A stretch of 63,907 bases of DNA, the filler included, from an uncultured bacterium (GTDB lineage: Bacteria; CAYJRR01): NCBI GenBank assembly GCA_964372275.1. It is 3 parts of 3 records of this genome, joined end to end, with 100 filler letters (N's around TTAATTAATTAA, not from the genome) between each part and the next. Parts side by side here need not be neighbours in the genome. Positions count along the whole stretch, not along the records: positions 1 to 22,689 come from CAYJRR010000075.1; positions 22,790 to 45,362 come from CAYJRR010000076.1; 1 more part is not named here. One strand, given 5' to 3'. The first letter of the stretch is position 1. Each line of letters starts with the position of its first letter. The translations under genes and the position numbers were made by a program. The notes under the pieces were generated by a model. It had not been told where the DNA came from. It did not search any database and was given only the letters and a program-made list of their open reading frames with translations. Shown one piece after another: positions 19,831 through 34,945 of the stretch.

Positions 19831-19849
19831 TCCGGAACGGGGTTTCGGA

Positions 19850-20233
19850 CTACCGTTCCTCGATCATCCGCAGCAACCGATCGACGTCGTACGGCTTTGC
19901 CAAGAGCGGCAGGTCCCTCTCCGCCGGCAGGTCCCGCGGGTTCGCCGTCAGCACCACGATCCGCACCGGCGGGAGCCTCCGCTCCTCGTAGACGCGGAGG
20001 AACTCGACGCCGTCCATCACCGGCATCCGGACGTCGAGCAGGATCACGTCGGGAGGGTGTTCGTCGATCGCATGGAGCGCCTCGACGCCGTTGCCCGCCT
20101 CGACGGGGTCGTATCCGGCGATCCGCAGGACGTCGCAGAGCGCCTCCCGGATTTCGACGTCGTCCTCGACCACGAGCACGCGGGGCGCGCGCCGTGACTC
20201 GATCTCGACCGGCACGCTGACGGGTGCGCTCAT
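19850..20233 (-). CDS. Single-domain response regulator
   Basis: VLVVEDD, ILLDVRMP, VLTA, LAKP. Confidence 0.92.
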   Translation of the reverse strand: MSAPVSVPVEIESRRAPRVLVVEDDVEIREALCDVLRIAGYDPVEAGNGVEALHAIDEHPPDVILLDVRMPVMDGVEFLRVYEERRLPPVRIVVLTANPRDLPAERDLPLLAKPYDVDRLLRMIEER

Positions 20234-20395
20234 CGAGTTTCCTCCCAGGGCCGATCTATACCGCATCTCCGTGGCCGCCATCACGTGCATGCTTTTCATC
20301 CGGCCGCCGCCGGGACTCTCCCCATGCTCACGCGGCCTTGCGCGGGGGCGCCGGGAGGGGATAGGGTTCGCCGGTTCGAATCGCCATCACCACCA

Positions 20396-20480
20396 GCGAG
20401 GGTGGCGGAATTGGTAGACGCGCCGGGCTTAGAATCCGGTGGGTTATCCCTTGTGGGTTCGAGTCCCTCCCCTCGCACCA
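20396..20480 (+). tRNA. tRNA-Leu(TAG)
   Basis: GCGAGGG/CCCTCGC acceptor plus ACCA, anticodon loop CTTAGAA, long variable arm, GGTTCGAGTCC; usual position before tig. Confidence 0.96.
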
Positions 20481-20499
20481 GTCTCCGGAGGAGTCTCCC

Positions 20500-21768
20500 G
20501 TGCAGGTTCAGGTCGAAAACGTCGACGGCGTCACCCGCCGGTTGAAGGTGGTGCTTCCCAAGGAGCGGGTCGAAACCGAGTTGGAACAGGTCTATCGCCA
20601 GCTGCAACGCGATGTCACGGTGAAGGGGTATCGCAAGGGGAAGGCCCCCCGCCCGGTGCTGGAGCGGATCTACCGGCCGCGGGTGGAGGCCGACGTCACC
20701 CGCCAGCTGGTGGAGCAGAGCTACGCGAAGGCGGTCGAGGAGGGGAAGCTCTCTCCGGTGGCGAGCCCGGTGATCCACGAGACCCGGCTGAAGAGGGGGG
20801 AGGAGTTTTCCTACACCGCGACGGTCGAGGTGAAGCCGGCCTTCGAGCTGCCGGGCTACAAGGGGTTCGAGGTGAAGGTCCCGCGCCCGCCGATCACCGA
20901 CGCCGACGTCGAGGAGCAGGTCAAGGGGCTGGCGGAGCGACGGGGGCAGCTGGTGCCGGTGCTCGAGGACCGTCCGGTCGGCGGCGAGGACGTGGCGATC
21001 GTCGACTACGAGACGTTCGTCGGGGGTGCCCCCTCACGGGAGCCGAAGAGCGAGGGGGTGACGCTCGAGCTCGGAAAGGGGATCCTGATCGACGAGTTCG
21101 AACGAGCGCTCCCCGGGATGAAGATCGGCGAGACGCGCGCGGTGGAGGTCGCCTTCCCCGCCGACCACGCCGACGAGAAGCTGGCCGGGAAGCGGGTCCT
21201 CTACCGGGTGACGCTCAAGGAGATCAAGCGGCGCGAGATCCCGGCGATCGACGACGCGTTCGCGCGCGAGGTGAACGCCGAAAACCTGGACGACCTGCGA
21301 GCCAAGATCCGGGTGGAGATCGAGGCGCACCGGGCGGAGGAGCGCAAGAAGGAGGTCCGCCGGCAGCTCTTGGACCGCGTCCTGGAAAAACTGCAGGTCG
21401 AGCTTCCCAAGGCGATGGTCGATCGCCAGCTCCGCGCGCTCTACCAGTCGGCGCAGAACGTGCTCGGCGGCGACCGCGTGCTCGACCGGCGAACCTTCGA
21501 ATCGCTGAAGGACCGGCTCAAGTCCGAAGCCGAACGACGGGTGCGGGAGCTGCTGGTGCTGGAGGCGATCTCCGCCGCCGAGGGGTTGAGCGTCACCGAG
21601 GCCGACGTCGAGGCGCAGTTCGAGCGGATCGGGCAGCGATACGGTCAGAGCCCGGCGGCGGTTCGCGCCTTCTACATGCAGGAGGGCCGCCTTCCGGCAC
21701 TGGTAAACATGCTGGCCGAGGAGAAGACGCTTGATTTCCTCGAAAACGCCTCCAGGATAAGCGACTAA
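20500..21768 (+). CDS. tig: Trigger factor
   Basis: GYRKGKAP, FKBP-like core, IDDAFA; GGAGGAG RBS; tig-clpP-clpX order. Confidence 0.96.
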   Translation: MQVQVENVDGVTRRLKVVLPKERVETELEQVYRQLQRDVTVKGYRKGKAPRPVLERIYRPRVEADVTRQLVEQSYAKAVEEGKLSPVASPVIHETRLKRGEEFSYTATVEVKPAFELPGYKGFEVKVPRPPITDADVEEQVKGLAERRGQLVPVLEDRPVGGEDVAIVDYETFVGGAPSREPKSEGVTLELGKGILIDEFERALPGMKIGETRAVEVAFPADHADEKLAGKRVLYRVTLKEIKRREIPAIDDAFAREVNAENLDDLRAKIRVEIEAHRAEERKKEVRRQLLDRVLEKLQVELPKAMVDRQLRALYQSAQNVLGGDRVLDRRTFESLKDRLKSEAERRVRELLVLEAISAAEGLSVTEADVEAQFERIGQRYGQSPAAVRAFYMQEGRLPALVNMLAEEKTLDFLENASRISD

Positions 21769-21810
21769 ATTTCACGCGCCAGGGCCGCCACTCCAGAAAG
21801 AGAGTCCGAC

Positions 21811-22446
<636 letters not shown>

Positions 22447-22548
22447 GGCGAAGCAACAGGGATCGCTCGGGAATCCCCCGGCCAGCTGCTAGACTGCGGG
22501 GTAGGGGGCGTTTCGGGCACGCGTAGCCGACGGGGACGGGCCGATTCG

Positions 22549-22689
22549 ATGCCGGTGAATCGCAAAGGCGACCAGGATTCGGGGAACCTGTGCTGCTCCT
22601 TCTGCGGAAAGTCGCAGAAGGAGGTGAAGAAGCTCATCGCCGGTCCGACCGTCTACATCTGCAACGAGTGCATCGAGCTCTGCATCGAC
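22549..22689 (+). CDS. clpX: ClpX ATPase, 3'-truncated at contig end
   Basis: [30 protein letters not shown] zinc-binding domain. Confidence 0.95.
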
Positions 22690-22789
22690 NNNNNNNNNNN
22701 NNNNNNNNNNNNNNNNNNNNNNNNNNNNNNNNNTTAATTAATTAANNNNNNNNNNNNNNNNNNNNNNNNNNNNNNNNNNNNNNNNNNNN
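22690..22789. other. Artificial contig-joining linker
   Basis: 100 bp of N surrounding TTAATTAATTAA (stops in six frames); flanking genes are both truncated. Confidence 0.97.
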
Positions 22790-25311
<2,522 letters not shown>

Positions 25312-25371
25312 TCGCCATGGCTCGCGGAGTGGGTTGCGCGAACGGCAGCCGACGCGGCGAATTCGGCCGCG

Positions 25372-25758
25372 CTACGCCTCTTCCTTCAGAAACTCGGCGT
25401 ACTCGGCGGCGCTGAACAGCTCGTCGAAGTCCTTGCGGTCCTCGATCTTGACCTTGACCATCCAGCCGTCGTCGTAGGGGTCGTGGTTGATGCGCTCGGG
25501 CGACTTGACGAGGTCGGCGTTCACCTCGATCACCTCGCCGGAGATCGGCGCGTAGATGTCGGAGACGGCCTTGGTGCTTTCCACCACGCCGAACGCTTCC
25601 TCGCGCTCGAGCCGGTCGCCGGCGCTCGGCAGCTCGAGGTAGACGATCTCGCCCAATGCCTCCTGCGCGTGGTCGGTGATCCCGACGACCGCGTGGTCTC
25701 CTTCGATTCGCACCCATTCGTGCTCGCGGGAGTATTTGAGGTCCTTGGGGATCGCCAC
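25372..25758 (-). CDS. gcvH: Glycine cleavage H protein
   Basis: YSREHEW, GITDHAQ, VESTKAVSD lipoyl motif. Confidence 0.97.
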   Translation of the reverse strand: MAIPKDLKYSREHEWVRIEGDHAVVGITDHAQEALGEIVYLELPSAGDRLEREEAFGVVESTKAVSDIYAPISGEVIEVNADLVKSPERINHDPYDDGWMVKVKIEDRKDFDELFSAAEYAEFLKEEA

Positions 25759-25792
25759 GCGTCGCTCCTTTGCCAGTCGGGAATCGAAGTCG

Positions 25793-26938
25793 TCAGGCCG
25801 CCCGGGGGCGCTTCCAGAACGGCGTCTCCACCACCACGACGCGGCGGGGCTCGCCGCGGATCTCCACCGAAAACTCGCTTCCGACAGCGGAAAAATTCGC
25901 GTCTACGTATCCAACGCCGATCGGCTTGTCAAGCGACGGGGACTGCGTGCCGCTGGTGGTGACGCCGATCCTCCGTCCGGTCTGCGGGTCGATCAGCGGA
26001 TAGCCGTGGCGCGGAATGCCGCGGTCGACCATCGTGAACCCGACGAGCTTCCGCGCCGGGCCGGCGGCCTTCACGCGCTCCACGGCCTCGCGTCCGACGA
26101 ACGGCCCCTTGGCCGTCTTCACCACCCAGCCGAGTCCGGCTTCGAGCGGATGGGTCGTCTCGTCGATGTCGTTCCCGTAGAGCGCGTACTTCATCTCCAG
26201 GCGCAGCGTGTCGCGCGCGCCGAGCCCGATCGGTTTCAGTCCGTGCGGCCGTCCGGCCTCGAGAACGGTGGTCCAGACCCGTTCCGCCTCCTCGGCGGGG
26301 ACCGCCAGCTCGAATCCGTCCTCGCCGGTGTAGCCGGTGCGGGCGATCACCGCCGGGCATCCGACCACCTTCGCTTCGACGAAGCGGTAGGTACCGACCG
26401 GATCGAGCGCGGCCCCGGTGAGCGGCTGGAGGATGGCCGGAGCCATCGGACCTTGCAGCGCGATCAGCGCCCACTCGTCGGAACGGTTCTCGAGCGTCGG
26501 GGCGTCGACCCCCAACGAGCCGAGCCGCTCCCGCATCCAGGCGAAGTCCTTCTCGACGTTTCCGGCGTTGACCACCACCAGCCAACGGTCGGAGGCGCGC
26601 CGGTAGACGATCAGGTCGTCGACGATCCCGCCGTGCTCGTAGAGCATCAGGTTGTACTGCGCCTGCCCGACCGCCACCTTGGCCACGTCGTTGGTGAGCA
26701 GCCGATGGAGCCATTCCGTGCTGCTCGGACCGTGGACCTCGAACTCCCCCATGTGCGAGACGTCGAACAGTCCGGCGGCGGAGCGCACCGTTCTGTGCTC
26801 CGGGATCACCCCTTCGTACTGGACCGGCATCTCCCACCCGGCGAAGGGGACGAGCTTCGCCCCGAGCCGCCGGTGCGCCTCGTGGAGCGGCGTGCGTTTC
26901 AACGCCGAGGGTTGTGTGGGTCGACCGTCCGCGCTCAC
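25793..26938 (-). CDS. gcvT: Glycine cleavage aminomethyltransferase T
   Basis: [42 protein letters not shown]. Confidence 0.97.
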   Translation of the reverse strand: MSADGRPTQPSALKRTPLHEAHRRLGAKLVPFAGWEMPVQYEGVIPEHRTVRSAAGLFDVSHMGEFEVHGPSSTEWLHRLLTNDVAKVAVGQAQYNLMLYEHGGIVDDLIVYRRASDRWLVVVNAGNVEKDFAWMRERLGSLGVDAPTLENRSDEWALIALQGPMAPAILQPLTGAALDPVGTYRFVEAKVVGCPAVIARTGYTGEDGFELAVPAEEAERVWTTVLEAGRPHGLKPIGLGARDTLRLEMKYALYGNDIDETTHPLEAGLGWVVKTAKGPFVGREAVERVKAAGPARKLVGFTMVDRGIPRHGYPLIDPQTGRRIGVTTSGTQSPSLDKPIGVGYVDANFSAVGSEFSVEIRGEPRRVVVVETPFWKRPRAA

Positions 26939-27801
26939 GCCGTCCGCCTTTCCGCCGCGTCGAGGGTGTTTCGCAGGAGCATGGCGATCGTCATCGGGCC
27001 GACCCCGCCGGGCACGGGGGTGATCCATCCGGCGCGTTCCGACGCCGCCGTGAACGCCACGTCCCCCACCAGGCGCGACTTCCCGTCGGGGAGCGGAACC
27101 CGATTGATCCCGACGTCGATCACCACCGCCCCCGGTTTGATCATCGAGCCGTCGATCCGCTCGGCGCGTCCGACCGCCGCGATCACCACGTCGGCCTCGC
27201 GGACGACGGCGCCCAGGTCGGCGGTCTTGGAGTGGGCGATCGTCACCGTGCAGTCGCGCCGCAGGAGCAGGATCGCCGCCGGCTTCCCCACGATGTTGCT
27301 GCGCCCGACGACCACCGCGCGTCGCCCGGCCAGCGGAACGCCGGCGCTCTCGAGAAGGTGAAGGCATCCCGCCGGCGTGCAGGGCAGGAGGGACGGTTCG
27401 CCGAGCACCAGTCGCCCGACGTTCACCGGATGGAAACCGTCGACGTCCTTCTCCGGGTCGATGGCCCGAAGGACCTTCCGGTCGTCGATCCCCCTCGGTA
27501 GCGGGAGCTGCACCAGGATTCCGTCGATCGCCGCGTCCCGATTGAGCCGGTCGACGAGCGCGAGGAGCTCCGCCTCGGACAGCCCGTCCGGAAAACTGTG
27601 CTGCACCGAGTGGAACCCGACCTCCGCGCACGCCTTGTGCTTGGAGGCGACGTAGACCGCCGACGCCGGATCGGTTCCGACCCGCACCGTCGCCAAACCC
27701 GGGGGCCGTCACTTCCGGCGGGCCAGGTCGGCCGCCCGCGCCCTCACCTCCGCGCGCAGGGTGGCGGCGATCGCTTTCCCGTCGATGATCGTCGCCGCCA
27801 T
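26935..27801 (-). pseudogene. folD: FolD (methylene-THF dehydrogenase/cyclohydrolase) with one in-frame TGA at codon 31; possibly a base-call error
   Basis: MAATIIDGKAIA...[15 protein letters not shown], then [37 protein letters not shown] at 27709-27711. Confidence 0.85.
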
Positions 27802-27859
27802 CCTCGAGGCGCTATGGTCTACCGCGCGCGCGAGGCGCTGTAAAGGAGCGGCCCTTCGA

Positions 27860-29725
27860 TCAGGCTGCGGACGCACCCGCGGAGTCGGGCTCGATCCGGG
27901 TGAGCCAGTGCGTTCCGCTCACGCCTTTGAGCTCCGCTTCGAATCTCGACGCGCGCAGGGACCCGGCGCGGAGCATCGACGCGACTTCGGCGTCGCCGGC
28001 CACCGTTTCGGTGATCACCACCTGACCGCCCTCCGCCTTCCCTTCGATCCGCGCGGCGTAGTTCACCGTGCTGCCGAAGTAGTCGAGGCGGTCGTTGGCG
28101 TTGATCACCAGACAGGGTCCGGCGTGGAGGCCGATGCGGACGACCAACCGGGGCTCTCCGCGGCGGTCATTGAGCGCCGCCAAGCCGCGCTGCATGGCCA
28201 GCGCCGCCCGAAGTCCGGCGGCCGGACTGGGGAAGGCGGCCATCACCGCATCGCCGATCGTCTTGACCAGCGCTCCGCCCTCGGCGCGGACGGCCTCGAG
28301 CAGGACCTCGAAATGGTCGCGAACCCGCGCGTAGACCGGGGCATCGCCGAACTTTTCGTAGAGCTGCGTCGAGCCCTTCAGGTCGGTGAACAGCAGCGTC
28401 ACCGATGAGACACCGAGCCGAACCCCTTCCTTCAACACTTCGGTGGAGAAGAGGTCGCGAAACTCCTGGCACGCGGTGACCATCGCGGCGCTGGCCGCGT
28501 CGTGGGAGCTGGTGGCCAGCGCCAGTCCGACGCGGGCCGGGCTCGCCAGCTCGTTCACCAGCTCGAAGCGGACGACGCCGGGCGCCGCGGTGGCGTTCGA
28601 TCCCGACGCGCCGGCGGCGGCATCGGCGCGCACGCCGAGCTCGTTTACCCGGACGGCGACCTCCCGCGGCCCGTCGGCCACCTGCAAGGCGATGCGGTTC
28701 TCCGAATCGCCGCGCATCACCACGTAGTCGCCGACCGGAAGCTCGATCGTGAGCGACCGGCGCTCGCCGGGTTCGAGCACCTGCTGGAACAGGACGCCGC
28801 GACGGCGTGCCGGGGCCCCCATGCAGAAGACAACCGGCTCGACCGTGCGGATCCCGGGATGCACCGCGAAGCTGACCTCCACCATCGTGTCGAACGAGGA
28901 GGCGTACCGAAGGTCGCAGCTCGGGCACGCCCCCTGCTCCTCGAGCTGGCCGAGGTCGGTGTTGCGCGTGACGGGCATCCGGCAGTGCGGGCAGTTGACG
29001 TCCCACATCAGATCGACCAGTCCTGCGCGCGCGGCGTGGAGAAAGAGGCGCAGGACCGCCAGCCGGGGAAGACCCCACTGGTCGGCGAGCTCGAACGGGC
29101 GCATCCGGAGCACGTCGACGTCCGGGCCGCCCGCAAGCAGCGTTCGCAGGCGGGTCGCCACCCCCGGCTCGATCGAGGAGATCCGCTCCAGCCCCTCGCG
29201 CAGCCGCTCGGCGCCGCCGGGGGCGAACCCCGCGCTGTTCGCGGCGTAGAAGGCCCGGCCGGTCGCCCGCGACGCCCGCGCGGCGGCGTCGAGCGTGCGA
29301 GCCATGCCCCGCAATTGGAACCGCGTGACGGCGCGGACCGGTCCGCGGAGCCACCGCCTTCGCGCCGCGATCTCCACCCAGAGCCGGACTCGCGTCGATT
29401 CGCCCGCCGGGCGCGATACCGGCTCGAGCTCCGCGCCGAAGACGTAGGTCGCGGCCGGACCGCCGTGGAAGGCGCGGTAGACCTGAAACTTCCGCGGTCG
29501 GACGAATTCGTACGGACCTTCGTCCCACGCGAGCGGCAGGAACCCCTTGGACCGGACGGTGGCGCGGGTGTTCCCGTAGCGTGCGTCGAGGAGCCGCGAA
29601 TCGACCCGTGGAATGCCGACCAGTCGATTCAAGGAGTCGGTGTCGGCGACCCAGTCCCACGCCGCGTCGGGCACGACGCCGTCGAGCACGAACTCCTCGG
29701 TGATCCGATCCGGTGGCGCCGGCAC
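27860..29725 (-). CDS. Class III adenylate cyclase with N-terminal SRPBCC-like and Cys-containing (DUF5939-like) domains
   Basis: FTDLKGST, VKTIGDAVMA, DYFGSTVNYAAR; CPHC and CPSC. Confidence 0.88.
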   Translation of the reverse strand: MPAPPDRITEEFVLDGVVPDAAWDWVADTDSLNRLVGIPRVDSRLLDARYGNTRATVRSKGFLPLAWDEGPYEFVRPRKFQVYRAFHGGPAATYVFGAELEPVSRPAGESTRVRLWVEIAARRRWLRGPVRAVTRFQLRGMARTLDAAARASRATGRAFYAANSAGFAPGGAERLREGLERISSIEPGVATRLRTLLAGGPDVDVLRMRPFELADQWGLPRLAVLRLFLHAARAGLVDLMWDVNCPHCRMPVTRNTDLGQLEEQGACPSCDLRYASSFDTMVEVSFAVHPGIRTVEPVVFCMGAPARRRGVLFQQVLEPGERRSLTIELPVGDYVVMRGDSENRIALQVADGPREVAVRVNELGVRADAAAGASGSNATAAPGVVRFELVNELASPARVGLALATSSHDAASAAMVTACQEFRDLFSTEVLKEGVRLGVSSVTLLFTDLKGSTQLYEKFGDAPVYARVRDHFEVLLEAVRAEGGALVKTIGDAVMAAFPSPAAGLRAALAMQRGLAALNDRRGEPRLVVRIGLHAGPCLVINANDRLDYFGSTVNYAARIEGKAEGGQVVITETVAGDAEVASMLRAGSLRASRFEAELKGVSGTHWLTRIEPDSAGASAA

Positions 29726-29753
29726 GGAAGGATCGTACCACGGGGCGCCGCCC

Positions 29754-30128
29754 CTACTTCGAGGGCTTGCGCGCCTTCGGCGGCTTCGACTTCTCCCGCT
29801 TCTTCGCGCGCGGGTCGAGGTGATCCCCCGGACGCCGCGCCGGCGTGCCCCGCGGGTCCTCGTTCGTCATGCTGCCGATGCCGATCTCCTCGCCTTCGTC
29901 GTCGGGCTTGGGGGCGTCGGACTCCTTCGGGCTGCTCGATCCCCCGCCGGCGTAGTCGGTCTTGTACCAACCCGACCCCTTGAGCGCGAAGCCGGTGCTC
30001 GAGATCATCCGTTCGAGCCTGCCCTTGCACCGCGGAGTCGGGCAGGAGGTTTCGGGTCGATCGGTGATCTTCTGCCAGATCTCGTGGACGTTCTTGCACT
30101 TCGAACAGCGGTACTCGTAGATCGGCAT
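29754..30128 (-). CDS. FmdB-family zinc-ribbon protein
   Basis: MPIYEYRCSKC...CPTPRC...FALKGSGWYKTDY. Confidence 0.9.
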   Translation of the reverse strand: MPIYEYRCSKCKNVHEIWQKITDRPETSCPTPRCKGRLERMISSTGFALKGSGWYKTDYAGGGSSSPKESDAPKPDDEGEEIGIGSMTNEDPRGTPARRPGDHLDPRAKKREKSKPPKARKPSK

Positions 30129-30253
30129 CGCCACTTCCTCTGGATTTCCGTCGAGTTTGCCACGAGAAATGGCAATGGTGCGGACCGTTTGTCAAGAGCT
30201 GCGACATTGACTTCGCAGCGTCGCCGGTGGGACGATTTTCCGGGGGTCGTGCC

Positions 30254-31408
30254 ATGAATCGCCTCGCCACCGCGACGTTGCCGGTCCGTCGCCGCTGGGT
30301 GAGCGTGGCGCTCAAGATCTCGGTCACCACCGCGCTCCTGGTGACGATCGCGGTCGTTCTCGCCTTTCTCATGGCGCTGTCCGGCCGGCCGGTCGCCGAG
30401 TGGGTGAACGTGTACGGGCTCGCCATCCTTTCGGCGTCGCTCTTGTTCACCCTGTTCCTCGACCGCGCGCTGACCAAGCCGATCAAACGGCTGGCGTCGC
30501 ACGCCACGCGCATGGCGCGAGGGGACTACGGCGAGTCGATCGTCCACGACAGCGAGGACGAGATCGGGGAGCTGTTCGCCGCGATGGAGTTCCTGCGGAC
30601 GTCGTTCCTCCGCCAGAAGGAGGCGTTGGAAGAGCTCAACCGTTCCCTGGACGCCAAGGTCGACGAGCGCACCGCCGCTCTGTCCAAGGCCCTGGCCGAG
30701 CTGCAGGCCGCCCAGGACGCGTTGATCCGAACCGAGCGGTTGGCGTCGATCGGCGGGCTGGCCGGCGGCGTGGCGCACGAGATCAACAACCCGACCGGCG
30801 TGATCCTCACCCGCGCCGGATTCCTCCTCCGCGTCGCCAAGGAGGAGAAGCTTTCGGACGACGTGGTGGAGGACGTCGTCGCCATCCATCGTCAGGCGGA
30901 ACGGATCGCGCGCATCACCTCCAGTCTTCTCTCCTTCAGCCGACAGAAGGGGGCCTCCAAGGGGCCGGTCGCGGTCGACGAGGTCGTCACCGAGTCGCTC
31001 GCCCTGGTCGAGACGGTCCTCAAAGGGACCGACGTGCAGGTGGTGAAGGAGCTGGCGGCCGATCTCCCCGCGGTCTACGGCGACAAGGGTCGCCTGGAGC
31101 AGGTTCTGGTGAACCTGCTGAAGAACGCCGTCGACGCGATGCCCAGCGGCGGCCGGCTGACGCTGCGGGCCCGGCGGCTGGGCGAAAAGGTCGAGATCGC
31201 CGTCGCCGACACCGGCGTCGGGATGCCGCCCGAGGTGCAGGCCAAGATCTTCGAGCCGTTCTTCACCACCAAGGAGGTCGGCAAGGGGACGGGCTTGGGG
31301 CTCTCGATCGCCTACGGAATCGTGGCCGACCACGGCGGCGATCTCTCGGTCGAGTCGACACCGGGGAAGGGGACCGAGTTCCGGATGATGTTGCCCATGG
31401 AGGCGTGA
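30254..31408 (+). CDS. HAMP sensor histidine kinase
   Basis: 2 [38 protein letters not shown]. Confidence 0.95.
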   Translation: MNRLATATLPVRRRWVSVALKISVTTALLVTIAVVLAFLMALSGRPVAEWVNVYGLAILSASLLFTLFLDRALTKPIKRLASHATRMARGDYGESIVHDSEDEIGELFAAMEFLRTSFLRQKEALEELNRSLDAKVDERTAALSKALAELQAAQDALIRTERLASIGGLAGGVAHEINNPTGVILTRAGFLLRVAKEEKLSDDVVEDVVAIHRQAERIARITSSLLSFSRQKGASKGPVAVDEVVTESLALVETVLKGTDVQVVKELAADLPAVYGDKGRLEQVLVNLLKNAVDAMPSGGRLTLRARRLGEKVEIAVADTGVGMPPEVQAKIFEPFFTTKEVGKGTGLGLSIAYGIVADHGGDLSVESTPGKGTEFRMMLPMEA

Positions 31409-31411
31409 CGG

Positions 31412-32871
<1,460 letters not shown>

Positions 32872-32875
<4 letters not shown>

Positions 32876-33462
32876 AGGCGCTTCGGCACCTCGGTGCCGC
32901 CGATCGGAGGCTCGGGGCACTGATCGAACGCGTCGGTCCGTTCCGGCTGCGGGTGGACCGGATGCAGAGTCCCTTCGCGTCCCTGGCCGAGTCGATCGTC
33001 TACCAGCAGCTGAGCGGCAAGGCGGCGGAGACGATCTACGGGCGCGTCGAGGCGGCGCTCGGCGAGGTGACGCCGGAGGCGGTGCTTCGCAGTCGCGTGT
33101 CGGATCTGCGGGGGTGCGGACTTTCGGGGTCGAAGACCGCCGCGGTGAAGGACCTTGCGGCCAAGGCGCTCCAGGGAGTGGTGCCATCGATCGGCGAGCT
33201 CGAATCGATGGACGACGAAGCGATCGTCGAGCGCCTCACGCAGGTCCGCGGGATCGGCCGTTGGACGGTCGAGATGCTGCTGATCTTCCGACTCGGCCGC
33301 CCGGACGTGCTCCCGGCGACCGACTACGGGGTGCGGAAGGGGTTCGCCAAGACCTTCCGGCGCGCGCTGCCGACGCCAGCCGACGTACTGCGCCGAGGCG
33401 AGCGCTGGCGCCCGTACCGGTCGGTCGCCGCCTGGTACCTCTGGCGCGCGCTCGAGCTCTGA
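32872..33462 (+). CDS. alkA: DNA-3-methyladenine glycosylase (AlkA-family HhH-GPD)
   Basis: IVYQQLS, RGIGRWT, DVLPATDYG, WRPYRS. Confidence 0.88.
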
Positions 33463-33464
33463 CC

Positions 33465-34331
33465 CTACTCGCAGCCGCTGTTGTCGCGTCCCGGCGTGCT
33501 GCCACCGGGATCCTCGCTCACGCACCAATTCCCCGGCTCGTCCGGATCGGCGACGACGCGGCGCTCCACGCTCTTTCCGGTCGTCGCGGAGGAGAGGGGT
33601 AGGTTGTCGGTCGCGTCGTCCGGGGTGCCGTAGGTCGTGACCGCGACCGCCTCTCCGGGTGCGAAAAGCGAGATCGGATCGTCCTTGGACAGGCCGTTCC
33701 CGATCGTGGTGTCCCCGGTCGTCACCAGCACCGTTCCGTCCGGGAGATCGTAGGTGTCGGGGACGTACTCGGCATCGACGATCAAGGCGTAGGCCCCGGG
33801 CTCGAGCTCGGTCGCCCCCCCGTCGAACGACTGCAGCGTGTCGTCGCCATCTCCGTCGGCGACGGCGAAACCGGTCAGGTCGACGGTGTCGAATCCGTCG
33901 TTCTTGATTTCGACGAACTCGCCGACGTCCTGGTCGACCGCTTCGGTCATCACCTCGGTGATCACCAGGTCGGGCGGGGGAAGCGGCGGCAGCGTGGTGA
34001 TCACCAGATCGCCGGACCGGGATGGGCCGTTCCCGAACAGGTCGTAGGACGCCACCCGCAGGTGGTAGGTCGTCTCGGGGAGCAGGTTCCGCAGCGTGAT
34101 CACGTGCGATTCGAGGTAGAGGTTGTCGATCTCCGCCTGGCCGTAGGCCTCGGTCGTCCCGTACTCCACCACGGCGTTCGCCCGTTCGTCTGTGAGCCAG
34201 GCGATCGTGGCCGTGGTGTCGCGGACCACGCTTGCCGTCGGCCCCTCCTCGATCGTCGGAGGGGTGGTGTCGAAGTCGGGCCCGCAGGCCGCCGAGAGGG
34301 CCACGAGGAGAGCGGCAATTCCGGGGCGCAT
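33465..34331 (-). CDS. Lipoprotein with FN3/PAP-N-like domain and lamin-tail domain
   Basis: Lipobox LSAAC; ATIAWLTDE.AN..VEYG, H...L.NL.P.TTY; VITEVM, GEFVEIKN, TPGRDNS. Confidence 0.82.
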   Translation of the reverse strand: MRPGIAALLVALSAACGPDFDTTPPTIEEGPTASVVRDTTATIAWLTDERANAVVEYGTTEAYGQAEIDNLYLESHVITLRNLLPETTYHLRVASYDLFGNGPSRSGDLVITTLPPLPPPDLVITEVMTEAVDQDVGEFVEIKNDGFDTVDLTGFAVADGDGDDTLQSFDGGATELEPGAYALIVDAEYVPDTYDLPDGTVLVTTGDTTIGNGLSKDDPISLFAPGEAVAVTTYGTPDDATDNLPLSSATTGKSVERRVVADPDEPGNWCVSEDPGGSTPGRDNSGCE

Positions 34332-34933
34332 CACTTCCCTCGGGCCGCACGGATGCGCTGGCTGAACCACCCGCCGGTCAGCGCGTCGAGGTTCGCGGTC
34401 AGCTCCTCGAGACGCAGCTCCTTCGCCGTGCGCGCCTTGGCGTCGGTCGGGGGGTTCATCAACAGGTCGAGCTGCACCCGCCGCCGCTCGAAGTAGATCT
34501 TCGTCGTCTCGTCGAGGATGTCGTCGCGCAGCTGGACCAATCGGGAGGTCTCGCGGATCGCCTGCACGCGCGTCGGTCCCATCAGCATCTCGTCCAGACG
34601 CCACTCCAGCGTCACGTCGTAGCCGGTGTTGAAGTTCTCGTCGAGATCGACATCGCGCTCGCCCGTCTCGTTGATCGTGACGTTCTTGTCGTCGTCGACG
34701 TCCTGGTCGTATCGCAGTCGCGTGCGCGGGAGCAGCTTGGTCCACTTGGCGCTCCGCTGGTAGCCGTTGAGGACGTCGTCGGAGACCAGCGCGTAGCGCA
34801 TCGCGACTTCCTGCACCTCACGGACGCTGGGCTCGCCGGAGAAGGCTTCGTTCCCGCCGGCACCGGCAGGCAGCGCGAGGAACGACGCCCCCATGAGGGC
34901 GAGGAGGAATCCAATCGAGGGCACCGAGCGCAT
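34331..34933 (-). CDS. Exported hypothetical protein consisting of one half-TolC-like domain
   Basis: Signal peptide; EPSV.EVQ..A.RY, LLP, strand pair, LEWRLDE, long helices, LDALTGG. Confidence 0.75.
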   Translation of the reverse strand: MRSVPSIGFLLALMGASFLALPAGAGGNEAFSGEPSVREVQEVAMRYALVSDDVLNGYQRSAKWTKLLPRTRLRYDQDVDDDKNVTINETGERDVDLDENFNTGYDVTLEWRLDEMLMGPTRVQAIRETSRLVQLRDDILDETTKIYFERRRVQLDLLMNPPTDAKARTAKELRLEELTANLDALTGGWFSQRIRAARGK

Positions 34934-34945
34934 CGTCTCTTCTCC

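Noticed and set aside
20365-20395. GGTTCGAATC...CACCA just upstream of tRNA-Leu, resembling a tRNA 3' half or att site
   Set aside because: No T-stem or acceptor pairing and no match to either tRNA in the window
22690-22789. TTAATTAATTAA palindrome within N runs (also 45363-45462)
   Set aside because: Artificial six-frame-stop spacer, not biology; clpX-gcvP and GGDEF-downstream adjacencies are not real
27709-27711. UGA=Gly or selenocysteine recoding
   Set aside because: TGA is the common true stop here and the position is not a Cys site
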